Origin: a virus
Lineage: Duplodnaviria > Caudoviricetes
Reading direction: 5' to 3' (one strand)
Virus record (IMG/VR): IMGVR_UViG_3300049982_000240
Coordinates: 1-43,864 of that record
Length of the DNA: 43,864 nt
Part shown: positions 1 through 8,114 of the stretch, piece by piece
How positions within the stretch are numbered: the first letter of the stretch is position 1
Layout: each line of letters begins with the position of its first letter
The notes under the pieces: generated by a model
What the model saw: the letters and a program-made list of their open reading frames with translations, nothing else
What the model was told of the DNA's origin: nothing
Database searches by the model: none
Made by a program: the position numbers and the translations under genes

Positions 1-134
1 GACCTCGGCGAGGATGAGGGCCGCCTCGTCGCGGTGCACGACGGCGCGCGCGACGAGCAGCGACTCGAGGTGCGCGCGGGAGAGCAGGGGGTGCGTCATG
101 CGGCGCACCCCGGCCGACAGCGCTCAGGCGGACG
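1..134. repeat. Left copy of 134-bp terminal direct repeat (circular assembly overlap)
   Basis: Identical to 43731-43864 except G127 vs A43857. Reading frames continue across the join. Confidence 0.95.
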
Positions 135-1070
135 CCCCCGACCTTTGTACGTGAGCGCGGCCGAGCACAGGGTGCAGCGCGGAGCTACCCGCGAGCGGAG
201 CTGACCGCGAGCCGCGGCTGCATCGACGGCGCTTCGCCCTGCGGAATGAAGCCGGTGCCCGTTCTCTGCGTTGCGGCGAGGAACGCGACTTCCACCTTCG
301 CCGAGTCGACGATCACCCGGCCGACGTCCGCGATCGCCTTCGCACGCTCGATGTCCAGCGGCTTCTCCGGGTCCGCCAGTCCCTCCAGCGCCGCGAACAG
401 GTGATTGCGTAGATCCTCGATCTTGTTCTTCATCGCGTATTCTCCGGTTGATCTTTCGTTTCAGGGCGCCGAGCAGCTGAATCGTCTGCGGCAGCGGCGC
501 GGGGAGGTTGTGAATCGTGTTGCGCAGCATGAGCTCGCGGCGGGTGATGAGCTCGAGGTTCTCGAGGCGAACGTCCGCGCGGTCCCGATTGCGGAACACG
601 AGCGCGTGACCATCGGGGACAGGGCCGTGCGCAGCCTCCCACCCGAGGACGTGCGTCGGCTTCCAGTTGACGGTGTAGGGGACGTTCGGAACGTCGGCGA
701 CCTTCGTGTAGCGGTAACCGTCGATGAGCCGCTCGCTCCCGAGCGGCATCCAGCGGCTGCCCTTCTGCCCCTTCTTGAACTGCGTCGCCTTCATCCGGCC
801 AGGTCCCCAGCCCGGTCGCCGCATCCCCTTGTTCGCGGGGACATGCCCCTTCCCGAACCGGGTGCCGATGCCCTGCCGGCCGGTCGTGCGCCCCGAGGCC
901 GGGCTCGCGAGGTATTCCTCGCTCTTCGCGAGACCGAGCTTCTGGGCGCGCTGGTAGATCGGCCCAACAGGCCGCGCCAGGGCGCCGGCGAGCGTCGCGG
1001 TGCGCACGTGCGGGTAGAGCGCGCGCAGCACGGTCTCCTCGGAGACGGTCCAATAGCGCCGCGCGCTCAT
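96..1070 (-). CDS. HNH endonuclease-family protein with an unusually long C-terminal extension
   Basis: The ATG at 1070 is coupled (ATGA) to the upstream stop. Contains TRFGKG..P.NKG / TQFKKG repeats and WEAAHGPVPDGHALVFRNRDRADVRLENLELITR (HNH_3-like). No stop until 96. Confidence 0.75.
   Translation of the reverse strand: MSARRYWTVSEETVLRALYPHVRTATLAGALARPVGPIYQRAQKLGLAKSEEYLASPASGRTTGRQGIGTRFGKGHVPANKGMRRPGWGPGRMKATQFKKGQKGSRWMPLGSERLIDGYRYTKVADVPNVPYTVNWKPTHVLGWEAAHGPVPDGHALVFRNRDRADVRLENLELITRRELMLRNTIHNLPAPLPQTIQLLGALKRKINRRIRDEEQDRGSTQSPVRGAGGTGGPGEAAGHRACEGDRGRRPGDRRLGEGGSRVPRRNAENGHRLHSAGRSAVDAAAARGQLRSRVAPRCTLCSAALTYKGRGRPPERCRPGCAA
185..433 (-). CDS. Conserved phage hypothetical protein (MKNKIEDLRNHLFAALE family), nested in the HNH frame
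   Basis: Recognisable family that usually follows this HNH type. GGAGA RBS lies upstream. Confidence 0.85.
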   Translation of the reverse strand: MKNKIEDLRNHLFAALEGLADPEKPLDIERAKAIADVGRVIVDSAKVEVAFLAATQRTGTGFIPQGEAPSMQPRLAVSSARG

Positions 1071-1306
1071 GCCGCGCCCTCGCAGGACTGCGGGTAGAGC
1101 TTGACGTCGCGCCGCGCCCCTTCCATCGTCGCGCCCGGTGACGCCGGCGTCGCCCCGTCGGGCAGCGGCTCGTCCATGCGAATTCGCGCATAGCCGGACG
1201 CGTAGATCTGACGCACGGTGCCCAGTCGATCGACGAGGGGGCTCGCGGGATCGATGACACGGACACGCTGGCCGTGCCCGCTGAAGGCGTAGAGCGCGCC
1301 GGTCAT
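1067..1306 (-). CDS. Hypothetical protein (79 aa)
   Basis: ATGA overlaps at both ends. Confidence 0.7.
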   Translation of the reverse strand: MTGALYAFSGHGQRVRVIDPASPLVDRLGTVRQIYASGYARIRMDEPLPDGATPASPGATMEGARRDVKLYPQSCEGAA

Positions 1307-1695
1307 GAGCGCACCACGTACAGATGCGGCTGCCCCATCGCGAGGAAGCGGTCGACATCGGCCTCGACCTCCTCACGCGTCGGATGCACGCCCCCGTAGT
1401 AGCTGGCGTAGAAGCCCGCCGCGTACGGCTTGAACCATTCGGTGTGCTCGAGCAGCCACTGACGCTCGACGATGACTCGCGCCTGCACGCGGAGGTGGCA
1501 GCGCTGGCAGAGCGCGAGGAGATTCCACCAGGCGCCGTTCGCCTTGTCGCCGTCCAGGTGGTGGACCGTGAGGCAGTAGCCGACCTCAGGCTGGTGAAGA
1601 TGGCCGCAACGGACGCACTTTCCCCCCGCTTCGGCCTTCACGCGCGCGGCGATCTCCGGCCAGTTGACCGGGTACTCGTTCCGGAAGCGGCTCAT
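1303..1695 (-). CDS. HNH endonuclease
   Basis: YPVNWPEIA, CVRC, LTVHHLDGDKAN, NLLALCQRCH. Start re-placed at the coupled ATG 1695. Confidence 0.85.
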   Translation of the reverse strand: MSRFRNEYPVNWPEIAARVKAEAGGKCVRCGHLHQPEVGYCLTVHHLDGDKANGAWWNLLALCQRCHLRVQARVIVERQWLLEHTEWFKPYAAGFYASYYGGVHPTREEVEADVDRFLAMGQPHLYVVRS

Positions 1696-1928
1696 AGCGC
1701 CAGCCGCTCCTGCGGGCTGTTCGCCTCGCGGTCGTCGAGCACCAGCGTGATCGCCTCGATCTGCTCCTGCAGCCGCTGGCTCGGCTCCTCGCGGTTCCGC
1801 TGCGAGAAGAACGAGCGCGCCTGGCGGAGCACGCCGTCCGGCACAAGCTCGAGGGCCCGACCGCCGTTGCCGTGCCACACACCGGTCTGCCCCATGAGGC
1901 GGGTCGCCTTCGCGTCGGCGACCGTCAT
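1692..1928 (-). CDS. Hypothetical protein (78 aa, MTVADAKATRLMGQ...)
   Basis: ATGA coupling at both ends. Confidence 0.65.
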   Translation of the reverse strand: MTVADAKATRLMGQTGVWHGNGGRALELVPDGVLRQARSFFSQRNREEPSQRLQEQIEAITLVLDDREANSPQERLAL

Positions 1929-2443
1929 GAGGTCACCCGAGCGAACTCCAACACCCACACCCACGGGTTCACGTCCCAGCCGTAGCCGCGCTTGGCGTTG
2001 AGCGAGTCCCACAGCGTGCGGTAGGAACGCCGGGGATCGCTCGTCCACGAGGACACGACGGGGCTGCTGTAGTCGCGCCACACAGCGGCGTGCACAGGCG
2101 CCTGTACGCGATCCACGCCCTCGCTCCTGAGCGTCGTCGCGGCTGATCGCTTGCACCCGCTCCACGCGCACGCGCAGCCGTTCCACGAGATGTCGCCCGG
2201 CCATCCGTTGATCGGCGGATCGGGCAACCACGTCTCCCGCACCCAGAGCCGGTCCCCGGGCTGGCCGTAGGGGCAGCGTGCGAGCGCGTCGCTGCGGTAG
2301 TCTGGATTGTCGAGCGGCAAGCCCTGCCACGCGGGCTTCACCACCCGCCGCGTCTGCGTCTTCGGCCCATCGAGGATCGCGCGCACCATGGGACCCGAGA
2401 ACAGGATCGGGCGTTCGCGCACGGCTACAGCGGGCGCGCTCAT
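1925..2443 (-). CDS. ASCH/PUA-like phage protein, internally degraded by a compensated frameshift
   Basis: ERPILFSGPMVRAILDG.KTQTRR, CPYGQPGDRLWVRETW and W..NPWVWVLEF are present. The family motif VRVERVQAIS lies in another frame. Confidence 0.75.
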   Translation of the reverse strand: MSAPAVAVRERPILFSGPMVRAILDGPKTQTRRVVKPAWQGLPLDNPDYRSDALARCPYGQPGDRLWVRETWLPDPPINGWPGDISWNGCACAWSGCKRSAATTLRSEGVDRVQAPVHAAVWRDYSSPVVSSWTSDPRRSYRTLWDSLNAKRGYGWDVNPWVWVLEFARVTS

Positions 2444-2628
2444 GACTGCCTCCGGTTCCGGCGCTTCGACGCGAGCGCGAGCTCCCGGCGACGGTTCGCG
2501 GTGCGGCGATACTTCGCGGCGAGCCGCGTCCGCTGGATGTGGGACCGCCGACGGCGATAGTTGTAGACCGGCTCAGCGGCGAGCGCGCCCACGGTGAGGG
2601 CGAGAGCGGCGAAGGCGCGGGCGCTCAT
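2440..2628 (-). CDS. Small basic hypothetical protein with hydrophobic N-terminus
   Basis: ATGA coupling at both ends. Confidence 0.55.
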   Translation of the reverse strand: MSARAFAALALTVGALAAEPVYNYRRRRSHIQRTRLAAKYRRTANRRRELALASKRRNRRQS

Positions 2629-2909
2629 ACCGACCCCCCAGCGCGCTGCCGGTGCCAGTGCCGGGGGCCGACCGCCACAGCGGTCGCCTGTGGCGAAATC
2701 CGGGCGGAATCCCGCCCAGCCTCGTGCATCGGGGCTATATTTGCCCGACCGCCTGTGCGCGTCGGCTTGGAATTACCGAGTGCAGCGCGAGCGGCAGCGA
2801 TGTGCGGCAATCTGAGCCGCACATGTGAATCATGTCCCATCGTGGGGCACAGTGAGGGTGAAAGTGCTGTTCTGTGGCGATTTCTTGGCACTTCGCGGGC
2901 AATCGTCAT
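2625..2909 (-). CDS. Putative 94-aa ORF spanning the candidate attP
   Basis: Its ATG overlaps the integrase stop and its TGA overlaps the next ATG. The sequence does not resemble a known protein. Confidence 0.4.
   Translation of the reverse strand: MTIAREVPRNRHRTALSPSLCPTMGHDSHVRLRLPHIAAARAALGNSKPTRTGGRANIAPMHEAGRDSARISPQATAVAVGPRHWHRQRAGGSV
2688..2904. other. Candidate attP: core inverted repeat with 7-bp spacer plus arm-type repeats
   Basis: ATGTGCGGC-AATCTGA-GCCGCACAT at 2800-2824. Flanking direct repeats CTGTGGCGAAATC (2688-2700) and CTGTGGCGATTTC (2872-2884), plus degenerate copies. Immediately downstream of the integrase. Confidence 0.55.
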
Positions 2910-4144
2910 GCGTCGCCCTCCGTCCGATCGGGCAGGGACGGCACCGCCACAACACCGGCCAGCTTGCTGATCGCCGCGGCCTTGAAGTCGGGTGAGAGGT
3001 GCGCGTACGTCTGCTCCACCTGCTTGAGCGAGTTGCCGAGCAGCTGGGCGATCGTGTACAGGTCGACGCCGCGGGTGGCGAGCCAGCTCGCGAACGTGTG
3101 GCGCAGCGTATGGAAGACCACGCCACGCGGATCCCGGCGCCCGGCCACGAGCTCGGCGTCGACGACGATTCGCCGGAAGTGCACCATGAAGCTGTTCGGG
3201 TTCTGCGGCCGCGTGGCGTCGACTGGGGACGGTACGAGCCAGTCCTCGGAGGCGTAGCGCGCGAGCTGCGCCTCGAGGAGTGGGCGCAGGGGTGCGGCGA
3301 TCGGCACGAAGCGGCGCTTCCCCGACTTCGGGCGCCAGCCCGGCTGCTCCTGGACGGTCAGCAGGCCGAGGCTGAGGTCGACGTCGTAGGCCGGGCGCAG
3401 GTGCATCACCTCGTCGATCCGGAGCCCGGCGAAGAGCCCGATGGCGACGGGGCAGAGGAGCCGGCCCGGGCACGCGGCGAGCAGTCGCTCGGCCTCCACC
3501 TCGGTGAGGTACCGCGTCCGATGGGTGCGTGCCGTCGAGATCGTGTCCGGATCCAGTGGGACGTGCAGGAACCGCGGCGTGCGCTTCTCCTCCTGCGCCT
3601 CCCGCAGCTCGCGGTCGCGGTGCCAGCGGAACACCGTCCCCACGCGCCAGACCGCCGCGGTGACGGTGTTGACCGCGGCCTCGCCCTTGATGAGCGACGC
3701 CTGATAGTCGCTCACGCGTCGCGTCGGGATCTGGTCGAGCGGGAGCTCGGCATCGTCGCCCAGCCAGTTGACGAAGCGATCGCACATGGTCTTCGCGAAC
3801 CGGTGCGTGCCCGCGGTCTTGCGCGGATTGGTGTCGAGCCACGCCAGGTACTCCTCGACGGCCGTGCGCACGCTCGGCCAGGGTACCGGGCCGGCGGCGA
3901 CCGGGGGCGCGAAGAGGGGCTTCCCCTCCTCGAGGAGCCGCGCGATCTCGCCCACCGACAGGCGGCCAGCGCGGAGCGCGTCGATGGCGTCCCGGTTCCC
4001 CTCCTTGAACAGCCGGAGGACCGCCGCGTGCAGGCGTGCCGCCTCGTCCTTCTTCTTCGTGCCGTAGGAGACGTGCAGCCGCGGCGCGATCTTCTCGCGT
4101 CGGATGTCCGCTTCCCAGTAGCCGGTCGCCGAGTTCTTGTACAT
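2906..4144 (-). CDS. int: Tyrosine recombinase / phage integrase
   Basis: FAGLRIDEV (R), PKSGK (K), FHTLRHT (HxxR), LLGNS, TYAH (Y). Start at the ATG 4144, coupled to the xis stop. Confidence 0.95.
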   Translation of the reverse strand: MYKNSATGYWEADIRREKIAPRLHVSYGTKKKDEAARLHAAVLRLFKEGNRDAIDALRAGRLSVGEIARLLEEGKPLFAPPVAAGPVPWPSVRTAVEEYLAWLDTNPRKTAGTHRFAKTMCDRFVNWLGDDAELPLDQIPTRRVSDYQASLIKGEAAVNTVTAAVWRVGTVFRWHRDRELREAQEEKRTPRFLHVPLDPDTISTARTHRTRYLTEVEAERLLAACPGRLLCPVAIGLFAGLRIDEVMHLRPAYDVDLSLGLLTVQEQPGWRPKSGKRRFVPIAAPLRPLLEAQLARYASEDWLVPSPVDATRPQNPNSFMVHFRRIVVDAELVAGRRDPRGVVFHTLRHTFASWLATRGVDLYTIAQLLGNSLKQVEQTYAHLSPDFKAAAISKLAGVVAVPSLPDRTEGDA

Positions 4145-4419
4145 CAGGCGCTCTTCGCGGTGGAATAGCGCGAGTCGTCCGCCTCGAACGCTGCCACACC
4201 GGCCGGGTAATACCGCCGCCGCGGCTTCTTCCCGCCGCCGAACTCCTTGTACGGGAGCCGCTCGCGGGGGATCTCGTAGACCGTCGTGAGGCTCACGTTC
4301 CAGCGCGCGGCGAGCTGCGCGGCGGTCGGCCACTTCACCGACTCGATCGCTTCGTCGTGCGCAGTCGCGCGCGCGCGGATGCGGGCCATGCGCTCCTCGG
4401 CCGGGGTGATGTCGGGCAT
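4144..4419 (-). CDS. Excisionase-like winged-HTH protein
   Basis: TAAQLAARWNVSLTTVYEI...PRRRY. Directly upstream of int. Confidence 0.75.
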   Translation of the reverse strand: MPDITPAEERMARIRARATAHDEAIESVKWPTAAQLAARWNVSLTTVYEIPRERLPYKEFGGGKKPRRRYYPAGVAAFEADDSRYSTAKSA

Positions 4420-4661
4420 CAGACCGGCACCTCGACGAGGACGTAGCCGTAGCGGGCCGGGTCGCTCCAGATGGCGGTGCCGGGATGCTTCGCTGCCGCG
4501 GCCCGCGCCCACCGCTGCTCCATCCGCAGGTGCCGGAGCGAATCGACCAGACGTAGCCGGTTCCGCCCGCCGACGAAGTAGATGGACGGCCCCCAGATGG
4601 TGCTGAAACTCGCCGGCTTCCCGTCGAGCGTGTGCATGTACATCGTGCGGGTGCGTGGCAT
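4419..4661 (-). CDS. Hypothetical protein (MPRTRTMYMHTLDGKPA...)
   Basis: TGATG coupling at both ends. Confidence 0.7.
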   Translation of the reverse strand: MPRTRTMYMHTLDGKPASFSTIWGPSIYFVGGRNRLRLVDSLRHLRMEQRWARAAAAKHPGTAIWSDPARYGYVLVEVPV

Positions 4662-4900
4662 CAGATATCCCTCAGGCTGAGGGCGTGCACGCCGAAGCTG
4701 CCGTCGTGGTTGTTCCGAAGCACGGTGATGTAGCCAAGCCTGTGCGCGGTGTTGATCTCGGCGTCCTGCACCGAGGTGAGGATGAGCCGCGACACCCGCG
4801 TCCCACGCGAGCCGGTCTTCACCGCGGACAGCTCGGCGCGTAGCTCCCGGATCTCGCGCTTCATGCGGGCGATCGCCCGGAGGGACATGCGCCGGCGCAC
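4661..4900 (-). CDS. Hypothetical protein
   Basis: Fills the gap in the operon. Start uncertain. Confidence 0.55.
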   Translation of the reverse strand: MRRRMSLRAIARMKREIRELRAELSAVKTGSRGTRVSRLILTSVQDAEINTAHRLGYITVLRNNHDGSFGVHALSLRDI

Positions 4901-4902
4901 CG

Positions 4903-5430
4903 TCAGTCACCCTGTGCGCGCAGCGTCCCGACCGCGCGGACCGCCAGCGCCTCAGCGCTCTGCTCACGCGCGGCGAGCCCCTGGTTGTAGGCGTTCTCGG
5001 CGACCTCCTGCACGTAGAGCGCGATGCGCTTCGAGAGCGACTCGATGAGGGTCCGCTTCCGGCGGCTGATCACCTCCGGGGTGACCTGCACCTTCGGCTC
5101 GGCGAGCTGGTCGAAGGCGACGTTCGCGGGCCGCGCGAGGGCGCCGGCGATCTCCTTCTCCAGCTGCTCGAACGTGACGAGCGGGAGCTCGCGCTGCTCC
5201 CGGAACTGCGGCAGCACGTGGAACTCGATCGCCTCGGCGTCCGCCTGGATGGCGCGCGACTCCTTCGAGTACCCGTCGAGGCCGACCTTCTTGGCGAGCC
5301 CCTTCAGGTCCTCCTTCCGGTGCTCGAGGGAGGTGGTGACGAGGCTGTAGTCGTGGAGCGACCGCAGCGTGATCGGCTGCGGCTTCTTCGGTGGGGCGGG
5401 GGGCGTGTCCAGCAATGCGTCCTGCGACAT
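4903..5430 (-). CDS. Hypothetical helical protein (175 aa)
   Basis: GGGAGA RBS and typical codon pattern. Confidence 0.8.
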   Translation of the reverse strand: MSQDALLDTPPAPPKKPQPITLRSLHDYSLVTTSLEHRKEDLKGLAKKVGLDGYSKESRAIQADAEAIEFHVLPQFREQRELPLVTFEQLEKEIAGALARPANVAFDQLAEPKVQVTPEVISRRKRTLIESLSKRIALYVQEVAENAYNQGLAAREQSAEALAVRAVGTLRAQGD

Positions 5431-5473
5431 GGTGTTCTCCCGGTGAACGTGCGTAGAAGGGGGTGCTGCTGGA

Positions 5474-6373
5474 CTAGACCGCGAGCGACTCCTGCTCGCT
5501 GTCTTCGGCCATGCGGCCGGGGTCGTCGGAGTGCTGCGCCGGCGGGACGGGGGCCTCGTCGTAGCCGCCCTCGACCAGTGGCTTCGGGCCGCGATGGTCG
5601 GGCAGGGTGAAGCTCGCGGTGCCGCTCGGCAGATTGCCCGCCGACAGCCGCTCGTCGAGCACCGCCGCGTCCACGGTCTCCAGATCCGCCTCGATCTCGG
5701 CGAGGACCTGGCGCATCCGCGGGGACTTCGGAATGAGCTTGAGCCCCTGCCGGATCGCGGTCTTCTTCATGTACCAGCGCGGGATGCTGCCCTTCGTCCA
5801 CTGCTTCGAGTGGGCCTGCCGGATGGCGTCGACCTCCTCGTAGGTCATGTACTCCACGACGGGGTGATAGCCCCGCAGGTAGATCAGCGCGTACACGCCG
5901 ACCATCGGCCCGCGCGCTTTCGGGTCCTGAATCGGCTCGTGCTGGATCGAGCCCGTCGTGCCGCGAATGATCTTGAACGGCTCGTGCTCGTAGACGACGT
6001 AGGACTCGACGTGCCGGACCATCCCCGACTCGATCGCCAGCTGGATGTCGCCGGTATAGTCGCGCCACGCCTGGCACTGGTCGCCCATCGGCACCAGGTG
6101 GGCGGTGACGCCGACCTCGAGCCCCCAGCCGCAGATACGCATGACGGCGAGGAGCACACTGCCGACCGTGCACTTCTTGAGATCGCCCCGCGTGTCCTTC
6201 GCGAGCGCCAGCTTCACCTGGGCGGCGAGCTGGTCGAAGGTGACGCCCTTCGGCAGGAGCGGCGCGAGGAGCTTCTGCGTCTCCTCGTGCGTGGCGATCG
6301 CCGCGGGGACGTTGCTGTTGCCGACCGTCCGGACGACGGCGGTGCCGGGCTCCGGCTTCTGTGCAGCGGCCAT
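5474..6373 (-). CDS. recT: RecT-family single-strand annealing recombinase
   Basis: LKKCTVGSVLLAVM...GLE, AHLVP, YTGDIQLA, GVYA, EYMTYEEVDAIR, MKKTAIRQGLKLIPKS. Confidence 0.9.
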   Translation of the reverse strand: MAAAQKPEPGTAVVRTVGNSNVPAAIATHEETQKLLAPLLPKGVTFDQLAAQVKLALAKDTRGDLKKCTVGSVLLAVMRICGWGLEVGVTAHLVPMGDQCQAWRDYTGDIQLAIESGMVRHVESYVVYEHEPFKIIRGTTGSIQHEPIQDPKARGPMVGVYALIYLRGYHPVVEYMTYEEVDAIRQAHSKQWTKGSIPRWYMKKTAIRQGLKLIPKSPRMRQVLAEIEADLETVDAAVLDERLSAGNLPSGTASFTLPDHRGPKPLVEGGYDEAPVPPAQHSDDPGRMAEDSEQESLAV

Positions 6374-6375
6374 GA

Positions 6376-6963
6376 TCAGCGTACTCCTGCCGCAGCGCGC
6401 GGCTCAGTGATGGGGTGCTCGTGCCATCCGCCGCGATCGGTGGGCACCGCGGCGCCCGGATCGGCCGCGTCGCGGATGGCCGTGAGCTGGGTGAAGCGCT
6501 CCGCCTGGAGCTGGTGCGCGATCGACTCCTTGATGAGCGCCGCCTCGACACGGCGCGAGACCTCCGCGAGCTGCCTCGACAACCCGTTCACGCGGATGTT
6601 GAGCGCCGTATTCTTCTCCCGCTCGGCGGTCAGCTGCCGGTGGGCCTCGAGCGAGGAGGCGAGGATGGCCTTCTGGTCCTCCTCCATCCGGGCGACGAGC
6701 TGCTGGTGCGCGGCGAGGTCGTCCCGGAGCTCGCGGAGCTCGAGGTCCTTGTCGTCATAGATCCTGCCGAGCACGGCCGAGCCAGCCTTCATCAAGTCGA
6801 GGGCCTCGACGAGCGTGGTGATCACCGCGCGCACGTCCGACTCGGCCTCCCACGAGACGCCGTGCAGCACCAGCCGCCCGGCCACGAACTCGCGGGCGCG
6901 CTCGATCTGCTCGAGCCGCGCCTGGTCCGCCGCGTCGAGCGCGGTCAGGTGGGGGGTGGTCAT
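6376..6963 (-). CDS. Coiled-coil hypothetical protein
   Basis: ATG at 6963 is coupled to the upstream stop. Heptad-like composition. Confidence 0.7.
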   Translation of the reverse strand: MTTPHLTALDAADQARLEQIERAREFVAGRLVLHGVSWEAESDVRAVITTLVEALDLMKAGSAVLGRIYDDKDLELRELRDDLAAHQQLVARMEEDQKAILASSLEAHRQLTAEREKNTALNIRVNGLSRQLAEVSRRVEAALIKESIAHQLQAERFTQLTAIRDAADPGAAVPTDRGGWHEHPITEPRAAAGVR

Positions 6964-7280
6964 GACTGCCCCTCGCGCGCCTCGGCGGCGTCTTTCGCAT
7001 TGGCGAGCGCGATCGCGGCCATCGCCTCGGGATGCGCCTCGACGGTCCCCGGTTCGCCGATCACGTCCACCAGATCGTACCCGTCGGGGTAGTGCGCGGC
7101 GTACTTGTCGTGCTGCCAGTTGTCGCCGTTGTGCGGACGCAGCCCCATGTCGTGATACAGCCACATCAGGTTGCTCGAGCAGTGCCCGGCGAGGGCCGTC
7201 CCGTCTTCCGCGATGGCGCACCCGTGATAGCCCATCCCGCTCGAGCCATTCACGAACACGAAGATTTTCGGCGTGGGCAT
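6960..7280 (-). CDS. Hypothetical protein (His/Cys-containing, AIAEDG..LAGHCSS...HDMG)
   Basis: GGAGG RBS before the ATG at 7280. Confidence 0.75.
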   Translation of the reverse strand: MPTPKIFVFVNGSSGMGYHGCAIAEDGTALAGHCSSNLMWLYHDMGLRPHNGDNWQHDKYAAHYPDGYDLVDVIGEPGTVEAHPEAMAAIALANAKDAAEAREGQS

Positions 7281-7282
7281 CG

Positions 7283-7678
7283 TTAGCGCGCCTCCGCCGT
7301 GGCGAGATCGACGCTGAGCCGCGCGCGCAGCTTGGCCGCCTCGTAGGCGCCGTACGCGCGCTGCTTCTCGACCACGGCGTCGTACTGCTTCCGGCGGTGC
7401 GCGGCGTACTCGCCATCGGTCTCGACGATCTTCTCCGCGCTCGAGGCCGAGTGCGGCTTGTTGGTCTCCGGGTTCTCGGTGCCCATCAGGCGGCGCACCG
7501 CGGCGGACTTCTGCGCGGGGCGCTCGTCCTCGAGCTCCATCTCGGCGCGGCAGGCCGTGGCCAGGCGGTCGGCAGCCTCCTCGACGCGGAGAATCGCGCC
7601 CTCGGCCTCCAGGCGATCGTTGAGCGCGCGCACCTCGGCGTCCGTCATCCCGGTCACGGCGGTCACGGCGGCGCTCAT
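7283..7678 (-). CDS. Helical hypothetical protein
   Basis: Coupled ORF with typical codon pattern. Confidence 0.75.
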   Translation of the reverse strand: MSAAVTAVTGMTDAEVRALNDRLEAEGAILRVEEAADRLATACRAEMELEDERPAQKSAAVRRLMGTENPETNKPHSASSAEKIVETDGEYAAHRRKQYDAVVEKQRAYGAYEAAKLRARLSVDLATAEAR

Positions 7679-8082
7679 GCTTCCACCGCCATGCCGCCGA
7701 ACTCCACGGGGCTCTCGGAGAGCGGCGCGACACCGGAGTCCTCGCGCTCGAGGAGCGCCATGGACACCCCGTCGATCTCGCCCTGGTCGTTGCGCGAGAA
7801 GCGGATCACCGGGACCTCGCCGTATGACTCGGCGATGCGCGCGGCAACGAGCAGCCCGGACACCGTCGCGAGGCCGCGGATGGTGGCGATCGGCTCGGAC
7901 GCCGTGACGACGTCGTTCATCGCGCGGATGAGCGTGCGGTTGCGGAGGCGCGCGGAGGTCAGATCGCGCCGCAGCTGCGCGTTCTCAGCGATCAGGTCGT
8001 GGGCGTGGGCAGCAGACACGAGGGTCTCGACTTCGATGAGGCGCCGGGGCGAAGACAGCGGGCGCGCGGTTGCGGCTTCCAT
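7675..8082 (-). CDS. Hypothetical protein
   Basis: AGGAG RBS; coupled to the downstream gene. Confidence 0.7.
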   Translation of the reverse strand: MEAATARPLSSPRRLIEVETLVSAAHAHDLIAENAQLRRDLTSARLRNRTLIRAMNDVVTASEPIATIRGLATVSGLLVAARIAESYGEVPVIRFSRNDQGEIDGVSMALLEREDSGVAPLSESPVEFGGMAVEA

Positions 8083-8114
8083 GGGACTCCTGTACCTTTG
8101 GGTCGTTGGGTGTG

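Noticed and set aside
1-134. Biological terminal repeat (T7-like DTR)
   Set aside because: It falls inside genes and its length is typical of an assembly overlap.
2700-2900. tRNA fragment at attP
   Set aside because: No T-arm (GTTCGA) or CCA-like 3' end recognised; the attB target is unknown.
2999-4168. Long antisense or alternate-frame ORFs (also 5531-6760, 22977-24491, 29438-30847 and others)
   Set aside because: Shadow ORFs expected in high-GC DNA opposite well-supported genes. They are Arg/Ala/Pro-rich with no motifs.
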